From: an uncultured virus (IMG/VR IMGVR_UViG_3300036766_001719)
Lineage: Duplodnaviria > Heunggongvirae > Uroviricota > Caudoviricetes
IMG/VR virus record: IMGVR_UViG_3300036766_001719
Length of the DNA stretch: 20,000 nucleotides
Strand: one strand, 5' to 3'
Position 1 is the first letter of the stretch; every line of letters starts with the position of its first letter. Under the pieces are notes generated by a model. It saw only the letters and a program-made list of their open reading frames with translations, was not told the DNA's origin and searched no databases. This document shows positions 19,619-20,000 of the stretch, one piece after another. Both the position numbers and the translations under genes were made by a program.

Positions 19619-19925
19619 CTTCTTCTAAAAGAACGCACTTTATGGCGTGAGCTTCTACCATGCCCAAATCTCTAGAACCATCACCAAATTTAGGCAGTGG
19701 AACAAAGCTACCTTGCAAAACTACTCTATCGCCAATTTTAATACCCCATTCTTCTCCTTTTAAAGCTGGGCCAATATCAATAATAAACCCTTGTGGCGGC
19801 GTTTGAGTATCTTTGCCAACATAAAGCTTAGTTCCCAAAGCTTCATCTGGCTTTAACATCTCCACTAATACACCTGATCCTATTGCCTTCACGCCAGCAA
19901 TAGTACCTGTTTTACGTAATCTCAT
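19611..19925 (-). CDS. GroES/Cpn10-like co-chaperonin
   Basis: [11 protein letters not shown]...GFIIDIGP...IKIGDRVVL pattern, 104 aa. Confidence 0.7.
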   Translation of the reverse strand: MRLRKTGTIAGVKAIGSGVLVEMLKPDEALGTKLYVGKDTQTPPQGFIIDIGPALKGEEWGIKIGDRVVLQGSFVPLPKFGDGSRDLGMVEAHAIKCVLLEEDE

Positions 19926-20000
19926 AATATATCCTCCTACGCTAGAATAGTAATTTTTAAAAAAAATTTAACAACAACATCTACTAATTCCACATTTATC

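Overview
This window looks like part of a large, AT-rich (jumbo-like) phage genome. It has dense hypothetical genes, four free-standing homing endonucleases, tRNAs, PhoH, dUTPase, a sigma factor, DnaJ and a GroES-like gene. A RimI-like gene hints weakly at a Planctomycetota host. The main result is a minus-strand locus (~924-8825) combining three parts. (i) An apparently complete ubiquitin-like conjugation cassette: a small protein ending in ...AVFG, a ThiF/E1 enzyme, a protein with an E2-like GICL motif, and a JAB/JAMM protease carrying a +1 frameshift in a G6 run. (ii) A Ro60-like TROVE+vWA gene. (iii) About 3 kb of mostly non-coding DNA with 14 copies of a Y-RNA-like bulged stem (GUYYC...ACUWRRAY), 13 of them followed by a UACAAAC-like motif. 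The stems are fused to different cargoes: whole tRNA cloverleaves, tRNAs with the stem inserted in the D-arm, a circularly permuted tRNA, a ~330-nt structured RNA and minimal hairpins. One copy abuts the Shine-Dalgarno of the Ro60 gene. Two small ORFs missed by the ORF track were also found: a membrane-anchored Cys-rich peptide and an SPKK-repeat peptide ending in CGG. All structures and family calls were made by eye; no folding or database search was run.
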